In this document: piece after piece, positions 60,716 to 64,000 of the stretch
Layout of the letters: every line of letters starts with the position of its first letter
Position numbering within the stretch: the stretch's first letter is position 1
Assembly (NCBI GenBank): GCA_023920165.1
Contig: CP089274.1
Coordinates: 2,294,001-2,358,000 of the forward strand
Direction of reading: 5' to 3'
DNA: 64,000 nucleotides
DNA from: Curvularia clavata
Lineage: Eukaryota
Made by a program: the position numbers and the translations under genes
Notes under the pieces: generated by a model
Database searches by the model: none
What the model saw: the letters and a program-made list of their open reading frames with translations, nothing else
Told to the model about the DNA's origin: nothing

Positions 60716-63688
60716 ATGACCGACGTCTCGGCGGTCCAGGCGTATGCTGATCCTCAGCCGGCTCCCCTCGCCCTCTACGCTGGCCCTCCACCGCCTGCCT
60801 TTGCCCAGGCCTCTCCGCCCTTGGACGGCGTCGTCGAAGAGGAAGAATCCTCCACAATCAAGTGCATCTGCGGCTATGCTGACGATGACGGCAACACAGT
60901 GCTGTGCGAGAAGTGCGACACGTGGCAGCACATTGTGTGCTACTACGAGTCTGCCCAGCATGTCCCCGACGTACACGAGTGCGCAGACTGTCTCCCGCGA
61001 CCTGTCGACGCAAAGAGCGCTGCTGAGAAGCAACGCATCCGAAGAGAGATGCACAACATTGGCGAGCGTAAAGGCAGGCCAAAGGCATCCGCAAAGAACC
61101 CCAAGAAGCGACCAAAAGACTCTCTCGCCCCGACACAATCCAACGCGTGGCCCACGCAAACCAACGGCGATCTGCACTACCTCCCTGAACGCAAGAGCGG
61201 AAGCCCACGAGACCAGCCGCCACCGAACAAGCGGCCCAAGACGAACCATCGCGCCTCTGGATCGGTGAGCGTCGTCAGCCAAGCGCCAGCTCTCGCGCCT
61301 ACATCACGTAAACGAGGCGCGTCCATGGTACTCAACGGCCACAGTCCTGTCAAGGCACCCTTAACTTCCGACGGTCCAGCTGAAGATTACTCGTATGAGT
61401 TCATGCATCTCTATCGCCAGCCTGAGCCAGCTTCTGCCGAGTCAAACTCCTATACACGCATCGATGTCGCCAACGATATTGCCATGTGGCTGCAAGACCC
61501 AGAAGCACTTGCAGAGGCAAGCGGAGGCAAGAAGCCACAGGACATTTTTTCACGCATTGATAGTTCCATACAGGATCTCGAAACCAAAACTGCGCCAGAA
61601 ATCGTGAAACAGACAGATGTCGACTCGGCTATACTAGCGCATGGTCTGCACCCCCAATGGCACTTTATAACAGCCGAGACGCCAGTCCCTGACGGTGGCT
61701 ATGTTGGTGAACTCAAGGGTCTCATCGGCCGCAAAACTGACTACTATTCGGACCCGTCAAATCGATGGGACCTGCTGCGGCATCCTGAACCCTTTGTCTT
61801 TTTCCCTCCCCATCTGCCCATCTATATCGACACCCGGCGCGAAGGTAACATTTTCCGATATGCCAGAAGGAGCTGCAACCCGAACATGTCCATGAAGATT
61901 CTGATTGACTCGAGCAACGACTACCACTTCAGCTTCCTGGCGACACGAGAGATCAGCCCCGGAGAAGAGCTCACTGTTGGCTGGGATATCGACTCGGAAG
62001 TGCAAAAGCAATTGGCCAAGGTCGTTACCAACGGTGCCAAAGACGGCTTCAGGAAGATACAGCCCTGGGTGTCTTGTGTCCTTGCAAACTTTGGAGGCTG
62101 TGCTTGCGACATTTCTAACGGCAATGAGTGCCTCCTGGAACGTGCCCGGCGCAACGTCCCAGAATCCACCGCAGTCAAATCCAAGGGCAAGAAGATGAAG
62201 AAGTCACAGACATCTCCCACGAGCACTGGTCATGCCACCAACAGCCGCGCCGGCAGCGAATTGGCTAACCGCGACGTCGTTGACGACGACCAAATGGACG
62301 CTCGCTCTACATCTGGCTCACACAAATCAAGCAGTCGGGATATCACTCCAGCAACCCATGTCTCATTGGACGGCGATACCAAACTATCAGAGCGTGAGAA
62401 GAGGAAGATTCAGCACCAGGAGCTTTTGTTCCAGAAGCTTGATCATGATGAACACAAAGGCAAAAGGAAACGTACCAGCGCGGGCTCAAACCTCAACACA
62501 CCGAACCCCTCGTCCTCGGTAAGACGCCCCATAGACTCTCCGATTGGCTTTTCTAATTCCAAAACACAGAGACGCTCCGGAAACACCGAGCCTTCGCCCT
62601 CAGCGCGTCATCGGGAACACAGCCACGGCGTAGCACGCAAAACCTCGGGCAGCTCCACAAAGACCAATGGGCGTGTACCCGCTAGACCCAAGCCTGTCTA
62701 TGTGGATGCGTCGACGCAAACGGTCCCAGACAACAATGAAAAACCAAAGGCTTGCATCAAGCCACGCCAGTTGAAGCCTCCAATGTCATTCAAGCGCAAG
62801 CTTCTGCAGCAGGCCCAGGAGGACAAGCTGCAGCGCGAACGAATGCGGTCAACATCTGTGAAGATGGAAGCGAAATCCCCAGCTTTGAAGGATGTGTCTT
62901 CGAACAATCCTTCTCCACTGCCACCATCACCACCACTCGAGGAACCTTCAACAATGGATACATTGATGGAGCCTGTACCTGACACGAGGCATAAGGAACT
63001 CACACCCGCAAAGGAACCCTCACCTGAGCCTTCAGTGGACGTTGAGATGACGGATGCTGATGTTGCTGCTAACAACCAGCAAGCAACAAAGACTGAAGAG
63101 ATGCCTGATGCTCCAAGGCCTGAGACTCCACGTGAAGCCTCATGTCCGCCGAACCAGCCATCTGCTCCACCGTGGTCGGCCTCAATACCAACCGAACCAT
63201 CACCAAAATCCGCCCCAGTTCCCCCACCTCAGCCTGCTGATACGGATGTCGACCCCCCGGTGAAGCCCGATGCGGCCAGCACGGTCAGCGACTCCGTCGA
63301 CGCTCCAGCATCAGCTTCTACGCCCGCTCCGGAGACTACCGTTGCGCCTTCCCCAGCTCCAGCAACAATCGCCTCTCCCTTCTCTCCTGCTGTCAATAAT
63401 GCTGTCAAACCCACACCGGCCCGCAAGAAACTTAGCCTCAGTGATTACACCAACCGCAATCGAAAGACCAAGTTGGCACAAACACAGTCGACGGGTTCAA
63501 ATGCCGCTCCACCCCTGGCCACATCGCAATCCACGAGCTCACCAACATTATCAACCGCCAGTCTTCCAAACACAAACTCTCCACCGCCCAAGGCTGTGGA
63601 ACCTGCCCTGGCGCCTGTAGCAGAAGAGTCGAAGCCTGCTGAGGTGCCTATTGCCCCTACTGTTGCGGCTGCTTCTTCTTCGACATGA
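60716..63688 (+). CDS. Set3/Set4-like PHD finger + SET domain protein
   Basis: PHD: IKCICG..CEKCDTWQHIVCY..HECADC; SET: YIDTRREG..RYARRSCNPN..ISPGEELTVGW; C-terminal RKKLSLSDY; probable 51-nt intron 62519-62569. Confidence 0.9.
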   Translation: MTDVSAVQAYADPQPAPLALYAGPPPPAFAQASPPLDGVVEEEESSTIKCICGYADDDGNTVLCEKCDTWQHIVCYYESAQHVPDVHECADCLPRPVDAKSAAEKQRIRREMHNIGERKGRPKASAKNPKKRPKDSLAPTQSNAWPTQTNGDLHYLPERKSGSPRDQPPPNKRPKTNHRASGSVSVVSQAPALAPTSRKRGASMVLNGHSPVKAPLTSDGPAEDYSYEFMHLYRQPEPASAESNSYTRIDVANDIAMWLQDPEALAEASGGKKPQDIFSRIDSSIQDLETKTAPEIVKQTDVDSAILAHGLHPQWHFITAETPVPDGGYVGELKGLIGRKTDYYSDPSNRWDLLRHPEPFVFFPPHLPIYIDTRREGNIFRYARRSCNPNMSMKILIDSSNDYHFSFLATREISPGEELTVGWDIDSEVQKQLAKVVTNGAKDGFRKIQPWVSCVLANFGGCACDISNGNECLLERARRNVPESTAVKSKGKKMKKSQTSPTSTGHATNSRAGSELANRDVVDDDQMDARSTSGSHKSSSRDITPATHVSLDGDTKLSEREKRKIQHQELLFQKLDHDEHKGKRKRTSAGSNLNTPNPSSSVRRPIDSPIGFSNSKTQRRSGNTEPSPSARHREHSHGVARKTSGSSTKTNGRVPARPKPVYVDASTQTVPDNNEKPKACIKPRQLKPPMSFKRKLLQQAQEDKLQRERMRSTSVKMEAKSPALKDVSSNNPSPLPPSPPLEEPSTMDTLMEPVPDTRHKELTPAKEPSPEPSVDVEMTDADVAANNQQATKTEEMPDAPRPETPREASCPPNQPSAPPWSASIPTEPSPKSAPVPPPQPADTDVDPPVKPDAASTVSDSVDAPASASTPAPETTVAPSPAPATIASPFSPAVNNAVKPTPARKKLSLSDYTNRNRKTKLAQTQSTGSNAAPPLATSQSTSSPTLSTASLPNTNSPPPKAVEPALAPVAEESKPAEVPIAPTVAAASSST

Positions 63689-63929
63689 GCGACATGATTC
63701 ACGATACCCCCGCTCTTATTTTGCAACCAAGTTTTATGGGCCGCCGGGCGACACGCGCATGGTCTTTCTTCGTCTCGCCCTCCCTTCTTTTTTGTTAAAC
63801 TTTGGAGTGTAAAAATATGTAATGATTATAAGTCGCACGATTTTTCTTTCCAAACTTTTTTGCTTCTCTAAGCTCTGTATCCAGACGACTTGAAGTGTTC
63901 GGTCTCGGGTCCCCCCACCTTTTTTTTCT

Positions 63930-63952
63930 CTTCTTCTTCTTCTTCTTCTTCT
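63930..63952. repeat. (CTT)7 microsatellite
   Basis: Directly visible in 3' flank. Confidence 0.8.
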
Positions 63953-64000
63953 ACGTGTTGAACTCATGGACCTTTCATGTCACTTGGGATGGGTGTGGTT

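Overview
Gene-dense (about 28 intron-containing protein genes in 64 kb) euchromatic region of a filamentous ascomycete. Introns are short GT..(CTRAC)..YAG type; the gene set is consistent with Pezizomycotina, plausibly Dothideomycetes (inference). No intact transposon, rRNA, tRNA or CRISPR was found. Left to right: F-box-like protein, cystathionine beta-lyase, DUF2415/WD40 protein, mitochondrial Hsp70 (SSC1), Fe-ADH, Arg/Ser-rich orphan, CHIP-like TPR/U-box E3, stand-alone NRPS-like adenylation enzyme, GH28 pectinase, DHODH, cutinase, secreted GH37 trehalase, P450, tandem PAN/apple-like Cys-rich protein, LCCL membrane protein, ERG28, RPS11, 3-oxoacyl-CoA reductase, long-chain acyl-CoA synthetase, RKM5-like methyltransferase, UapA-type purine permease, delta-9 desaturase, TDP1, ACBP, GAL7, Yip1-family protein, FG/RanBD protein and a Set3-like PHD-SET protein. 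Exon boundaries were derived by hand. No clearly new multi-gene system is proven. The best leads are a multi-branched RNA structure filling an RPS11 intron, a loose lipid-metabolism neighbourhood (ERG28/KAR/FAA/OLE1/ACBP) with FarA-type sites, unusually long introns in the methyltransferase and ACBP genes, a T/R-less CAR-type adenylation enzyme, a small tandem PAN/apple protein, and several clustered promoter motifs.
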